Origin: Bacteroidia bacterium
GTDB lineage: Bacteria; Bacteroidota; Bacteroidia; NS11-12g; UBA955
Assembly (NCBI GenBank): GCA_044341025.1
Contig: JBIISM010000010.1
Location: 16,999 to 80,998 of the forward strand
DNA: 64,000 bases
Direction of reading: 5' to 3'
The notes beneath the pieces were generated by a model, which ran no database searches, was not told the DNA's origin, and saw only the letters and a list, made by a program, of their open reading frames with translations. The position numbers and the translations under genes were made by a program. Below, piece by piece: positions 17,896-28,245 of this stretch (the stretch's first letter is position 1; each line of letters begins with the position of its first letter).

Positions 17896-19611
17896 TTATT
17901 CCACAACCAAATTCCTTCTAACGCCTCTTCCATCTTTATCTATTAATTCAATGATATAAATTCCTGATGGAATGTTTTTGAGATCAATTGTGTTTGATTT
18001 TTCTAATTGTGTTTGGATATACACAGATATGCCAATAGTATTAAATATTCGCAATACTTGGAAGTTGCTGGCTTCAGGTATTTCAATGGTAATCTGCGTA
18101 TTTGCTGGGTTAGGGTAAATTTCAATTGGTTGATCAAGCAAATCCATTATGCTATTGGCATCGTCTATAATTTCGATTTGGAATTTTTTGGTATAGACTG
18201 TACCACCAATTAATGTGCATTTTAAATAGCCATTAAAAATACCGGGTGTTTGATAACGGTGGCTGCACGAATCGAGGTTTGAGGAGTCGCCATCGCCAAA
18301 ATACCAAGTCTGTTTTTGAGCCAAACTTTCTTTATGGCTAAAGGTGTGCATATTGCTTTTGAATAAATCAGATATTTTTCGAATCCTAAGTTGACTAAAA
18401 TTGAAATCATTGTTCAATACATAAACAGGAAATGTTTTAGTGCCTTTGTAGCCGAAATTGGTCTCTACATACAATTTAGAATTGTAGGTCCCTATTGCTG
18501 AATATGTATGCTGTGTGCTTGCATTTAGAGATGAATCACCATCTCCAAAATACCAAATCTGTTTTGTTACACTGCTGTCAATATTGGTGTAGGTAAACAA
18601 ATTAGAATCGAGTTTGTGAACCCTTGGACTTACTGTGGCATTGAGAAATGGATCATGTAAAACCACCAATCTAAATGTCAGCGTATCTTTGCACCCCGTT
18701 GCTTTGGTATTGACATGGATTGTTGTTATGAGTTTAACATCGAATACACCTTCATGTTGATATGAGTAGCGCATATGGGGGAATGCACTAAAACTGTCTT
18801 TCTCAAATTCCCAATTATAGTACACTGACATTGGAAATGGACCACTGATAGGAGTTGTCCTAACTTCAAAGTAGTTGCCATCATAGTACTGGGTGTCATT
18901 TTTTAGTTTTGAAAAATCTAAATTAACGACTTTTCGGGGGAATATTTTAAGTATTTTAGATAAATTGGCAGGGCAACCAGCAGGGGCGTTCGTTGCTTGT
19001 ATTTGCACTGTCTTTAGACCAAATCCATTGATGTGTTTGAATAAATTGTTAGAATCTGAACTGCTATTGTCACCAAAGGTATATCTGTATTTAATATTTG
19101 GAACGTCGCTTTTTGAAGTATTGGTGATTCTAAATAAATTGTTGCGTTCGCAGCTGTCTATTGGTACTGCGGTGAAATTGTACTGTATGTTGTATGTCGA
19201 TTCAACAAACGTGGTAGGCTTACTGCTTAAGAATTGAGGATACAAGAAATCATTCGACTCCACAATGCTAAAATAGTATTTATGGCCGGGTTTTAGATTA
19301 AATATTTGTACCGTATTTCCTTTGGCACTGTATATAACATAATTTCCTCCGCCTTTGTTTGGATATTCTGCTGAGCCCATGAAGACATTATTGGATGAAT
19401 AAAATGTGCTGTCTTTTGGCGAAAAATTAACCATCGAGTCTTCACGAATAAAAACGGTTCGGGCATAGCCATCGCCGTTTGTCCAATTTAAAGTCATCCC
19501 AGTACAAGTCTTGTTGCTCACGTTTACTTGCGATGCAGGTATGGTCGGTTTGGCCGCAAATGAGAGGCTAAGGGTAAAAACACAAATCAATAGTAAGTAG
19601 CGTTTCATCAT
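17896..19611 (-). CDS. secreted PKD-repeat protein with a T9SS C-terminal sorting domain
   Basis: A signal peptide (MMKRYLLLICVFTLSLSFA) and a C-terminal IYPNPANTQITIEI...GIYIIELIDKDG CTD are present. Confidence 0.7.
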   Translation of the reverse strand: MMKRYLLLICVFTLSLSFAAKPTIPASQVNVSNKTCTGMTLNWTNGDGYARTVFIREDSMVNFSPKDSTFYSSNNVFMGSAEYPNKGGGNYVIYSAKGNTVQIFNLKPGHKYYFSIVESNDFLYPQFLSSKPTTFVESTYNIQYNFTAVPIDSCERNNLFRITNTSKSDVPNIKYRYTFGDNSSSDSNNLFKHINGFGLKTVQIQATNAPAGCPANLSKILKIFPRKVVNLDFSKLKNDTQYYDGNYFEVRTTPISGPFPMSVYYNWEFEKDSFSAFPHMRYSYQHEGVFDVKLITTIHVNTKATGCKDTLTFRLVVLHDPFLNATVSPRVHKLDSNLFTYTNIDSSVTKQIWYFGDGDSSLNASTQHTYSAIGTYNSKLYVETNFGYKGTKTFPVYVLNNDFNFSQLRIRKISDLFKSNMHTFSHKESLAQKQTWYFGDGDSSNLDSCSHRYQTPGIFNGYLKCTLIGGTVYTKKFQIEIIDDANSIMDLLDQPIEIYPNPANTQITIEIPEASNFQVLRIFNTIGISVYIQTQLEKSNTIDLKNIPSGIYIIELIDKDGRGVRRNLVVE

Positions 19612-19689
19612 AGTACTACAAAGATATGATTGGTTTTGAAAACTTAGGTCACTGTTAAGTCATTTTATTACAATCAACAACCCAGCAAG

Positions 19690-19900
19690 ATTCCCGTTAG
19701 CTATCGGGATTGGGGAATGCGTTTAAGACTCAAGGGTGAAAAACACCCCTGAGAATGCAACTGTTGTCGCTATCCATTCTTTTTCTCAATCTCTCGATTT
19801 ATCGATTTGTCAACTTCTCAATTTCTCATTTTCTCTCTTTCTCGATTTATCCATCCCGTAGCGTGACGCAACAATGTGAAGTCTCTGCTACTGGGATCCT
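19690..19900. repeat. copy of the dispersed composite repeat: a near-perfect palindrome (TCCCGTTAGCTATCGGGA, 19692-19709), a long TTTCTCA/CTCGATTTAT run and the forward hairpin core (19852-19897)
   Basis: The core CATCCCGTAGCGTGACGCAACAATGTGAAGTCTCTGCTACTGGGATC is nearly identical to the core at 57858-57904. Confidence 0.65.
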
Positions 19901-20003
19901 TTTATCTTTTTTCATTATCCTGCAGCATTTTTCGGAAAACTTTCGTCTATACCTATAAGAAGAGTTCTTCTTGTTTCGGTTCTTTACATATAAATTCTAT
20001 TCT

Positions 20004-20304
20004 TATGTCTAATTCATCTAATTCCGCCCGCGTTTTCCTCAGCTTATGTATCGCTTTAATGTATTTGTCGGCTTGTAATCTTTCTCAGAAAAATGAGGAT
20101 AAAAAGCAAACTCTAAAACTGAGTACCTTTTCACACCAATTGCATTCAAGTTCCCTTGTTAAAAATTCTTATTTATTTGACTATCAAAAAAATAAACTTA
20201 ATAAATCTTCTACAAATAATTTAAAATCTTCAACAGATGTAATCGAATTGTCCCTGAAAGACCAGTCAAAACCCATTATGACTTTTGTTCAATACTCCTA
20301 TTGA
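20004..20304 (+). CDS. hypothetical small lipoprotein
   Basis: The internal start gives MSNSSNSARVFLSLCIALMYLSAC with an LSAC lipobox. The remainder is low-complexity and S/K/N-rich, so the call is weak. Confidence 0.3.
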
Positions 20305-20420
20305 GTTTTTCTGTTTCGTTCCTTTATAAGTTTCTTTTTGTATTCATATAAAATCTTGGCAAGAAATTCTGAAAATCCTTTCCTCAAAATTTCCGTATTT
20401 TTACACCAAAATTTTTTTTA

Positions 20421-21293
20421 ATGCTAAAGAATATTGCTGTATTTGGTGCTGCTGGCTTTCATGGTCTACCTGTCGTTCATGCGCTTTTAAAAGCAGGCTT
20501 TAATGTCTCTGTTTTAAGTAAGGATGTAGACAAGGAAAAAGAAATGTTGCCACCTGAGGTAAACGTCGTTGAAGGCAATTGGATGTACCACCACGATTTA
20601 AAAAGATTTCTTTCAACTCAAGATGCAGTGTATTGCAGTTTGAGTGTCGATCAGCACGAATTGCCCGACGATAATCATTCTGAAACCAATGGTCTTAGAG
20701 AAATTATCAATGTTTCCCTCGAATGTGGAATACGACGGATAGCCTATATGTCTTCTATTTTGCAATACAATCAAGTAGAGAGCGAAGACCTTTGGTGGGT
20801 GTTTCAAGTGAAAAAAGATGCCGTTAATTATATCCGCGATTGTGGAATTCCACACACCATTTTTTATCCAAGCACCTTTATGGAGTGTTTCGTTTCGACC
20901 TACAGAAAGGGGAAAGCAATATGCTTGCACGGCGTGTCTAGATTTCCTGTTTATTTTATCAGCGATAAAGACTACGCAAGAATGGTGGCCAAATCATTTC
21001 AGGTTTTAGGCACCGATGATAGAGAATATTTTATGCAAGGTAACAATTGTTACAACATGCAGGAAGCCGCCCAAATGCTGGTCAAACATTCAAGTTCAGA
21101 GAAGTTGAAAGTTAAAACCATTCCAGATTTCCTTATGAAGTTTTATGCTCTTTTTGATATTCGTTGGAAATTCAAGTCAGAGCTGGCAGCTGCGCTCAAC
21201 AACAACAATGAATTGTATATTTCGGAAGATACCTTCGAAGAATTAGGCAAACCGGAAATTAGTTTTACCGATTTCGCAAAACAAACTAAATAA
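20421..21293 (+). CDS. NmrA-like / NAD(P)-binding Rossmann-fold protein
   Basis: The N-terminus IAVFGAAGFHGLPVVHALLKAGFNVSVLSKD matches a GxxGxxG Rossmann motif. Confidence 0.6.
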   Translation: MLKNIAVFGAAGFHGLPVVHALLKAGFNVSVLSKDVDKEKEMLPPEVNVVEGNWMYHHDLKRFLSTQDAVYCSLSVDQHELPDDNHSETNGLREIINVSLECGIRRIAYMSSILQYNQVESEDLWWVFQVKKDAVNYIRDCGIPHTIFYPSTFMECFVSTYRKGKAICLHGVSRFPVYFISDKDYARMVAKSFQVLGTDDREYFMQGNNCYNMQEAAQMLVKHSSSEKLKVKTIPDFLMKFYALFDIRWKFKSELAAALNNNNELYISEDTFEELGKPEISFTDFAKQTK

Positions 21294-21297
21294 TTAT

Positions 21298-22443
21298 ATG
21301 TTCCCGCGCTTATCCTTATATGTTTCAAGTATTCTGCAAAACAGAAAACAAAAAAAAGACTTCTTGAAAATTGAAGATTTTATTGGACGTGAAGAAAAAG
21401 GAATTAACGCTTTGCCATTAATCTCTGAACCTAAAAAAGGTACCCTTATTGTAAAATGTGATGACATTGGAGATTTTTTGCTTTGGCAACAAGTCATACC
21501 CCATATTAAAGCCAATACTGATGGTCCAATAACTTTTGTCGGCAATTCGGTGATCAAGCCCTTAATAGACGCTTGGTTTGATTTTGCTGACCATTACATT
21601 TGGATACAAAAATCGAAATGGGATGACGCCAATTACCGAATGGGTATTTACAAGCAACTCCGATTAATCAACGCCAAAGTTGCTTTCACGCCCTTGTTTA
21701 CCAGGCATTTTAGAATGGACGATTTGATGTTGTATGCAAGCAATGCAGACAGTCGTTATGCTTGGGACCGCAGTCACCACCCATATTTCCCAGAAATGAC
21801 AGCTTCTGATGCATTGGTTACAAATCCGATTAAAAGTGAGGCAGTTTTACAATTGGAATACATCAGACACATTGAATTTATTGAAAAGGTATACAATATT
21901 TCAATTCCTCATGAGGTAAAACCTTTGTTCCCGAATTTTACAAAACACAAAACCCTGATCGTTTTCCCTGCCGCCAATACCAAAAGCCGTTGGTGGAATT
22001 ATAAGAAATATGCTCAAACCATTCAGGCTGTTTCTCCTCTTTTTGATAAAATATTTTTAATGGGTGGACCCAATGCCGTAGACTATGCCAAACAAATAGA
22101 GCAAGCTGCCAATGAACCAAAATTAGTCAACATGGTGAACCAAACAGCACTTACCGAATTGATGGCATTTATTGGAGAAGCTTCTGTTTTGCTTTGCCCA
22201 GACACATCAGCGATGCACTTTTCTATGTTAACGGCGACAAATACGGTGGTGCTCAGCAATGGCAACAATTGGCAGCGTTTTGCCAATTATCAGCCTTATG
22301 TTCAAAGTAAATTTAAAATAGTTTTTCCAAGCTATTTCAAGCCTGAACCCAATAAAGTAAAACTAAATTACAGTGGGGCAGAAATCCAAGCCATTACAGT
22401 TGCTCAGGTTGTTGAGGCAATTAAAGACTGTTTATCCAATTAA
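21298..22443 (+). CDS. glycosyltransferase family 9 (LPS heptosyltransferase-like)
   Basis: An N-terminal KCDDIGDF motif and a C-terminal ...LCPDTSAMHFSMLTATNTVVL... are typical of GT9. Confidence 0.6.
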   Translation: MFPRLSLYVSSILQNRKQKKDFLKIEDFIGREEKGINALPLISEPKKGTLIVKCDDIGDFLLWQQVIPHIKANTDGPITFVGNSVIKPLIDAWFDFADHYIWIQKSKWDDANYRMGIYKQLRLINAKVAFTPLFTRHFRMDDLMLYASNADSRYAWDRSHHPYFPEMTASDALVTNPIKSEAVLQLEYIRHIEFIEKVYNISIPHEVKPLFPNFTKHKTLIVFPAANTKSRWWNYKKYAQTIQAVSPLFDKIFLMGGPNAVDYAKQIEQAANEPKLVNMVNQTALTELMAFIGEASVLLCPDTSAMHFSMLTATNTVVLSNGNNWQRFANYQPYVQSKFKIVFPSYFKPEPNKVKLNYSGAEIQAITVAQVVEAIKDCLSN

Positions 22444-23450
22444 CGGGCAAAAGGCAAAGCGGATAAAGGCGTTGATTCGCCTGCCAAATATTTGTAATGT
22501 CCTACAACTGCTATCATGGCCGCATTGTCTGTGCAGTATTCAAATTTTGGGATAAATGCTTTCCACGCATTTTTTGCTGCAAGTTTGTCGAACTCTTTTC
22601 TCAATAATTTATTGGCTGAAACACCGCCTGCAATTCCAATTTCCTTGATCCCTGCTTCTTTTACGGCCTTTTCAAATTTGTCCAATAAAGTTTTAACAAT
22701 GGTGTAGCGCATCGAAGCACAAATATCATTTAAGTTCTTTGCTATAAAATCCGGGTCTTCTTTCACCCCTTTTTGTAGGAAATACAGCAAGGATGTTTTC
22801 AAACCGCTGAAGCTGTAACCATAGCCTTCGATTCTTGCAATAGGAAATTGATAAGCCAAAGGATTTCCAAGTTCTGCGTATTGGTCAACTAAGGGTCCGC
22901 CCGGGTAGGGCAGTCCGAGCATTTTTGCTGTCTTGTCAAAAGCCTCACCGGCGGCATCGTCTATTGTTGATCCAATGATTTCCATATCCAATGGGGCGTT
23001 TACCTTTATGATTTGGGTATGACCGCCACTAACCAACAAACATAAAAACGGAAAATTTGGCATGGTTTCATTTAAGTAATGCGCAGCTACATGGGCTTGT
23101 AAATGGTTAACACCTATGCTTGGGATGTTCAAAGCCATGCACATGCCTTTGGAGAAATGTCCGCCGACCAGCAAAGAACCCATCAATCCCGGTCCTTGCG
23201 TGTAGGCAATTCCATTTAATTCTTGCGCTTCAATACCCGCTTCCTCTAAAGCCTTCTTTACCACTGGTAAAATATTTTGTTGGTGCGCTCTGCCTGCTAA
23301 TTCTGGTATCACACCACCATATTCTTTGTGAATTTCTTGACTCGATACAATATTGGCAAGTATTTTGCCATTTCTAATAATAGCGGCAGCGGTATCATCG
23401 CACGATGACTCGATGGCTAGAAGTGTTATAGTGTCTTGTTTTTCTGTCAT
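22440..23450 (-). CDS. tsaD: tRNA N6-adenosine threonylcarbamoyltransferase (Kae1/TsaD family)
   Basis: Contains LAIESSCDDTAAAI and ...GVSANKLLR... The start was set at MTEKQDTITLLAIESS. Confidence 0.85.
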   Translation of the reverse strand: MTEKQDTITLLAIESSCDDTAAAIIRNGKILANIVSSQEIHKEYGGVIPELAGRAHQQNILPVVKKALEEAGIEAQELNGIAYTQGPGLMGSLLVGGHFSKGMCMALNIPSIGVNHLQAHVAAHYLNETMPNFPFLCLLVSGGHTQIIKVNAPLDMEIIGSTIDDAAGEAFDKTAKMLGLPYPGGPLVDQYAELGNPLAYQFPIARIEGYGYSFSGLKTSLLYFLQKGVKEDPDFIAKNLNDICASMRYTIVKTLLDKFEKAVKEAGIKEIGIAGGVSANKLLRKEFDKLAAKNAWKAFIPKFEYCTDNAAMIAVVGHYKYLAGESTPLSALPFAR

Positions 23451-23467
23451 CCTGTGCATAGACTTCT

Positions 23468-26400
23468 TTGTGCGATTTGTATCTTTGCCCTAAGCCGAAA
23501 ATATTGTTTACAAAGATATCCAAAATAGCGCGATTAATTCTTCTGATTTTGTTTTTCACAATCGGATTGCTCTATATTGTATTTCGCAGCAAACCGGTAC
23601 AAACTTGGCTAAGCAAAGAAATTACGACTTATCTCTCCAATGAGCTAGGCACTAAGGTGCGCATTGGCGCGGTTGATATCGAATTTTTTAAAACAGCTGT
23701 TCTCGAAGACCTTTACATTGAAGATCAAAAAGGTGATACCATGTTGTATTTCCGAAAACTTAAACTTGATTACCATACCTACGACAAGGAAAAAAGAATC
23801 ATCAAATTGAATTACCTTGGCCTAGAAGGCGGGAAGATTCTGTTTGGCGAGCACAAGGGCGAAACTGTTGGTAACTATGAATTCTTAATTGATTATTTTG
23901 ATGGTGGTCCGACAGACCCAAATAAACCGAAAATTATTTGGACCGTTTACAGTGAAGCCGTGTCTTTGGAAAACATGCGCTTCGATTATTTTAGCCGCAA
24001 TGACGAAAAACCCGATTTCATGGATTTTGATTACAACGACATGAGTTGGGGGAATATCAATGGAAGCATTTCTGATTTTTATTTAATTGATGATTCTCTT
24101 CACTTTCAAGCCGAGCATTTAGATGCGGTCGAAAAATGCGGTTTTGTATTGACCCATTTATCTGCGGACACAAAAATACATTCCAAAGGTATCGAGTTTA
24201 CCAAGATGGTGCTTCAAACACCACACAGCAATTTGAAGGATAAATTTATCATGCAAACCCGCAATTGGAAAGACTACAACGACTTCAATGACAATGTTGT
24301 TATGAAAGCCAGGCTAATTGATTCGGATGTTGATACCCGTGATTTGGCTTTCTTTTCAAACAATTTAAAAGAATGGAATACTTTATTGCATATCAGTGGC
24401 TCTGGCGAAGGGCCTTTAAGCCATATGCGCGGGAAAGACACCAAATTGAAGTTATACGGGAGCACAGAATATGAGGGCGATTGGTCTATGACAGGTTTGC
24501 CAGATTTTGAAAACACCATTCTAGATTTCGATGTTCGCAAATTTGTTAGCAATTATGAGGATCTGAACCAAATTTCACTCAACAATATTCCTGATAACTT
24601 TAAATCCTTAGGCACAGTATCCTACAAAGGTATGTTCTCAGGCTTTTTTAATGACTTCATTACTTTCGGTGAAATAACCACAGATATTGGCAATTTTCAA
24701 TCGGACATTAACATCAAATACAAAGATGGTCTAGAAAAAGCCATTTACGCCGGAACCTTAAAAACAGATTTTTTTAGAATAAAAGCCTTTATTCCGGAAG
24801 CCCAAATTGATGAAATTGCATTTGATGCCAACATCAATGGTACTGGCCTTTCTCGCGATTCATACCATTTAAAGCTCGATGGAGCCATTCCTTCTTTGGT
24901 TTTTCAAAACCACACCTTCACCAATATTGCGGCTAAGGGTGAAATAAGTCGTGCTTACTTTACGGGCAATGCCAGCATTCGTGACAAAGACCTCGACATG
25001 GACTTTGATGGGTCGTTTCGCAGTGACATTAAAATTCCGGAAGCCCATTTTAAAGCGACGGTTAACCATGCCAACTTGGCCAGCTTTGGACTCGATTCAA
25101 TACCTCAATATGTAAAAGGTGTATTTGTTCTCGATTTTACCGGTTATTCTCTCGACGATGCTGAAGGAAGTATTACTGGTGAAAATGTGTTTATCGAACG
25201 CAACGGGGTTAAAGTCTCAATTCCATATGTTAATTTATCTGCATACGAATACGGCCAAATCAAGGAGCTGCGTTTGCGAAGCGACTTGATAGATGCTGCA
25301 ATTAAGGGACAATTTAGACTGGAACTTTTGGATGTATCAATCCTGCATATGTTGCATCAATTGATTCCTGCATACTTTGCTATGCCTCTAAAACAATTGC
25401 CGAATGAAGACTTTGTGTTTGATTTTGATTTAAAAAGGCCATACGATTTCACCTCTTTGTATGTGCCCCGTCTGCGCATTGAACCTTGCAAAGGGAAGGG
25501 CAATTACCGCTCAGCTGATCAAGTGTTGGATTTTAACTTCAACAACAAGCTCATTGCCTATGATGATTATGAATTGCAAAATTTTAGATTAAATGCTTCA
25601 AAACGCAAGGGCAAGAACTTGAATATGCAAGTTGATATTGCACACTTTACCGATCAAGAGATTGTCAAAATCAATAATGTCCTAATTCAGTCCAATGTTT
25701 TCGATAACGTAATCGATTTTAATATTGCTGGTGTTGACACAGGTTATAAGATAGGGTTGAATTCAAGTGGACGGGTATTGTTCAAAGAGGATTCAATTTA
25801 CCTGCAAATGTCCGATATGCAGCTAGCCGTTTCAGATATGGTTTGGAAGCTTGATACAAATGCTGTGGGAACCCTAACCGATGGTAAGTTTATAATGGAC
25901 AACTTTGCCTTTAGGAGCAATAAGCAAATGCTTTCAATTATAGGGGAATTAGGCGAATCAAGCAATAACCACGTCGATTTTCAATTGGATGAATTTGCCT
26001 TAAGTACCATTAATTGCTTCACCAAAAACACCAGACTGCCTCAATTCAGCGGGGTATCCAACGGAAAGATAGTTTACACCAAAATTGACGGTCAAAACCG
26101 CTTTCAATCTGATTTGGATATTTTAAATTTTGGAATTAACAAAGATACAATTGGTGATCTTAGTGTATTTACAAGCAACAAACCCAATTCAACAATCCAA
26201 CACTTAAGGGTATATGTCGACAAGGGTTTGCTCGATTCGATGCGTCTTGAAGGCGATATTGATTATAAAAGTAAAAATCAGAATTTTAAATTGTTTGCGC
26301 AAATTCCACCAACCGAACTCAGGGTCTTTGCCCCATATGTTGATGGCGTTATGAGCAACATGAAAGGGAAGTTTTACACCAAAGATTGTCTATCTATTTC

Positions 26401-27925
26401 GGGCACTTTTTCAGACCCTGTCATTGAAGGTGAAATTCTGGTAAAAAATGCGGAAGTCCTTATCGATTTTTTACAAGTCCCAATCCGCTTTTCTGCACGA
26501 ATTGTAAGCGAAAAAGACCGTTTTAGTGTTTTGCCTTTTACCATATTGGACGACAAACGCAATGCAGGCAAAGCAAAGGCCTTTGTGTCTCATAAGTCTT
26601 TTAGCGATTTTAATTTGAATCTAAATTTATGGGAATTGAATAAATTTCATGTTTTAAATACGGGGCCAGCTGACAATGATTTGTTCTACGGTCAAGCCTA
26701 TGCCGATGGCAATGCAACACTTATTGGACCTTTTGAAAACTTGGCCATACGGGTTAACGCGAAAACCACCGCGGGCACTAAGTTTTATTTACCGATAAGC
26801 GAAGGCGACGCTAGTGGTTTGCCAAACTACATTCATTTTAAGACCGCTAAGAAAAAAGAAAAATTAAGTGCAGACGAGATGCCTATACAGTCATTGGTTA
26901 TGGATATTGAAGCCACCAATGATGCGGACGTTGAAATTATTTTTGACGAAATTTTGGGCGATAAAATTACCGGTGCGGGACACGGCAACTTAAAAATGGA
27001 AATGAATAAAAGTGGCGATTTTTATATGTTTGGCACCTATACCGTCGACCGCGGAAGGTATTTGTTTACCGCCTTTGATTTGTACAACAAACCATTTAAT
27101 ATCCGTCCGGGTGGAACCATTACCTGGTATGGCGACCCTTTAGATGCCAAATTGAATTTGGTGGCTTATAACTCCGAAATAACCGACCCTTCTCCATTGT
27201 TGTCTGCGGTTTCTTTAAACGCAAATCTTAGTGGCTCCAATTCAACCGTTCAAGCCATTACGGCTGAAAGTGAATTGTATTTGAAAGGGAATTTGTTTTC
27301 TCCTGAAATAAGCTTCGGATTGAATTTTCCTAAGCTTCAAACGGAGGCGGGGAACTTTACAAGTGCGCTTTCGCCCGTTATTAGCCGCATCAAATCAGAC
27401 AAAGAAGAGGTGAGTCGACAAGTATTTAGTCTGCTTTTGATGAAAAAATTCTTGCCACCAACCTTTGCCCAAGCCGACCAAGGTTTAAGCAATGCAGGTT
27501 CTACCGCTTTGTCATCAGCGGGAACAGACTTGCTGTCTTCTCAGCTGAGTAATTGGTTGAATAAAATTGACCCCAATTGGAAAGTGAATGTGATTTATAA
27601 AAATGGAAGTATCACCTTGCCTCCTGAATATGGTTTGAAACTAAGCAGCCGTTTCTTAAACGATAAATTGATGGTTGATGGTAGCTTTAGCAATTACAGC
27701 ACCATACCTAATATAAATTTAGAATACAAAGTAACCAAGAAAGGCAACATCAAAATAAAAGCTTACACCCGTTCTAGTTTCAATCAGGTCAACACAACCT
27801 CTTTAAGCACACCTATAACCACCAATGGTTTGGGTATAGTCTACACCAAAGAATTTAATGTCATTCGTTGGCTTAAATGGCTGAAAAGAAAAAAGAAAAA
27901 AAGCAATACGATCCCGGCCAATTAA
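23468..27925 (+). CDS. TamB/AsmA-like translocation and assembly module protein
   Basis: A 1485-aa protein with a single N-terminal TM anchor. It is beta-rich throughout and has a DUF490-like C-terminal region. Confidence 0.65.
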   Translation: MCDLYLCPKPKILFTKISKIARLILLILFFTIGLLYIVFRSKPVQTWLSKEITTYLSNELGTKVRIGAVDIEFFKTAVLEDLYIEDQKGDTMLYFRKLKLDYHTYDKEKRIIKLNYLGLEGGKILFGEHKGETVGNYEFLIDYFDGGPTDPNKPKIIWTVYSEAVSLENMRFDYFSRNDEKPDFMDFDYNDMSWGNINGSISDFYLIDDSLHFQAEHLDAVEKCGFVLTHLSADTKIHSKGIEFTKMVLQTPHSNLKDKFIMQTRNWKDYNDFNDNVVMKARLIDSDVDTRDLAFFSNNLKEWNTLLHISGSGEGPLSHMRGKDTKLKLYGSTEYEGDWSMTGLPDFENTILDFDVRKFVSNYEDLNQISLNNIPDNFKSLGTVSYKGMFSGFFNDFITFGEITTDIGNFQSDINIKYKDGLEKAIYAGTLKTDFFRIKAFIPEAQIDEIAFDANINGTGLSRDSYHLKLDGAIPSLVFQNHTFTNIAAKGEISRAYFTGNASIRDKDLDMDFDGSFRSDIKIPEAHFKATVNHANLASFGLDSIPQYVKGVFVLDFTGYSLDDAEGSITGENVFIERNGVKVSIPYVNLSAYEYGQIKELRLRSDLIDAAIKGQFRLELLDVSILHMLHQLIPAYFAMPLKQLPNEDFVFDFDLKRPYDFTSLYVPRLRIEPCKGKGNYRSADQVLDFNFNNKLIAYDDYELQNFRLNASKRKGKNLNMQVDIAHFTDQEIVKINNVLIQSNVFDNVIDFNIAGVDTGYKIGLNSSGRVLFKEDSIYLQMSDMQLAVSDMVWKLDTNAVGTLTDGKFIMDNFAFRSNKQMLSIIGELGESSNNHVDFQLDEFALSTINCFTKNTRLPQFSGVSNGKIVYTKIDGQNRFQSDLDILNFGINKDTIGDLSVFTSNKPNSTIQHLRVYVDKGLLDSMRLEGDIDYKSKNQNFKLFAQIPPTELRVFAPYVDGVMSNMKGKFYTKDCLSISGTFSDPVIEGEILVKNAEVLIDFLQVPIRFSARIVSEKDRFSVLPFTILDDKRNAGKAKAFVSHKSFSDFNLNLNLWELNKFHVLNTGPADNDLFYGQAYADGNATLIGPFENLAIRVNAKTTAGTKFYLPISEGDASGLPNYIHFKTAKKKEKLSADEMPIQSLVMDIEATNDADVEIIFDEILGDKITGAGHGNLKMEMNKSGDFYMFGTYTVDRGRYLFTAFDLYNKPFNIRPGGTITWYGDPLDAKLNLVAYNSEITDPSPLLSAVSLNANLSGSNSTVQAITAESELYLKGNLFSPEISFGLNFPKLQTEAGNFTSALSPVISRIKSDKEEVSRQVFSLLLMKKFLPPTFAQADQGLSNAGSTALSSAGTDLLSSQLSNWLNKIDPNWKVNVIYKNGSITLPPEYGLKLSSRFLNDKLMVDGSFSNYSTIPNINLEYKVTKKGNIKIKAYTRSSFNQVNTTSLSTPITTNGLGIVYTKEFNVIRWLKWLKRKKKKSNTIPAN

Positions 27926-27940
27926 AAACCGAAGGTTTAA

Positions 27941-28105
27941 AATCTATTGTTTATTTTGGTCTTTAAATGCCTTGTTTTTTTTGTTAAAGCCATTGAATAT
28001 GACATAAAAGCCATAAAAAACCAAAGCAGTAACGACTATTTCTGATATGATAAGAGTGGTTTTGAAACTCTCGACAGAGACCACATTTTTTAAAGTATCT
28101 TGCAT
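27941..28105 (-). CDS. tiny membrane protein (54 aa)
   Basis: MQDTLKNVVSVESFKTTLIISEIVVTALVFMAFMSYSMAL... has one TM segment. It is not in the supplied ORF track because it is under 60 aa. The start lies 1 nt after the stop of the upstream tiny ORF. Confidence 0.3.
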
Positions 28106-28106
28106 C

Positions 28107-28241
28107 TTAATTTGTTTCTGAATAACTGTCGTTTTGAGGGTCTTTAGCTGGTGTTCTTAAAACCTTTATGAAATAATAAGAGGTCATGAATATAATTACG
28201 GCAAATGATGCAACCATGGTTATAAGTGCGCTGGTATTCAT
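28107..28241 (-). CDS. tiny membrane protein (44 aa)
   Basis: MNTSALITMVASFAVIIFMTSYYFIKVL... has one TM segment. The start lies 4 nt downstream of the transporter stop. Confidence 0.3.
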   Translation of the reverse strand: MNTSALITMVASFAVIIFMTSYYFIKVLRTPAKDPQNDSYSETN

Positions 28242-28245
28242 ATTT

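Noticed and set aside
23468-23520. A conventional N-terminus for the TamB-like protein
   Set aside because: Only 17 bp separate it from the divergent tsaD start, and the first residues (MCDLYLCPKPKILF) look atypical. A downstream or non-ATG start is possible, but I could not identify it confidently.
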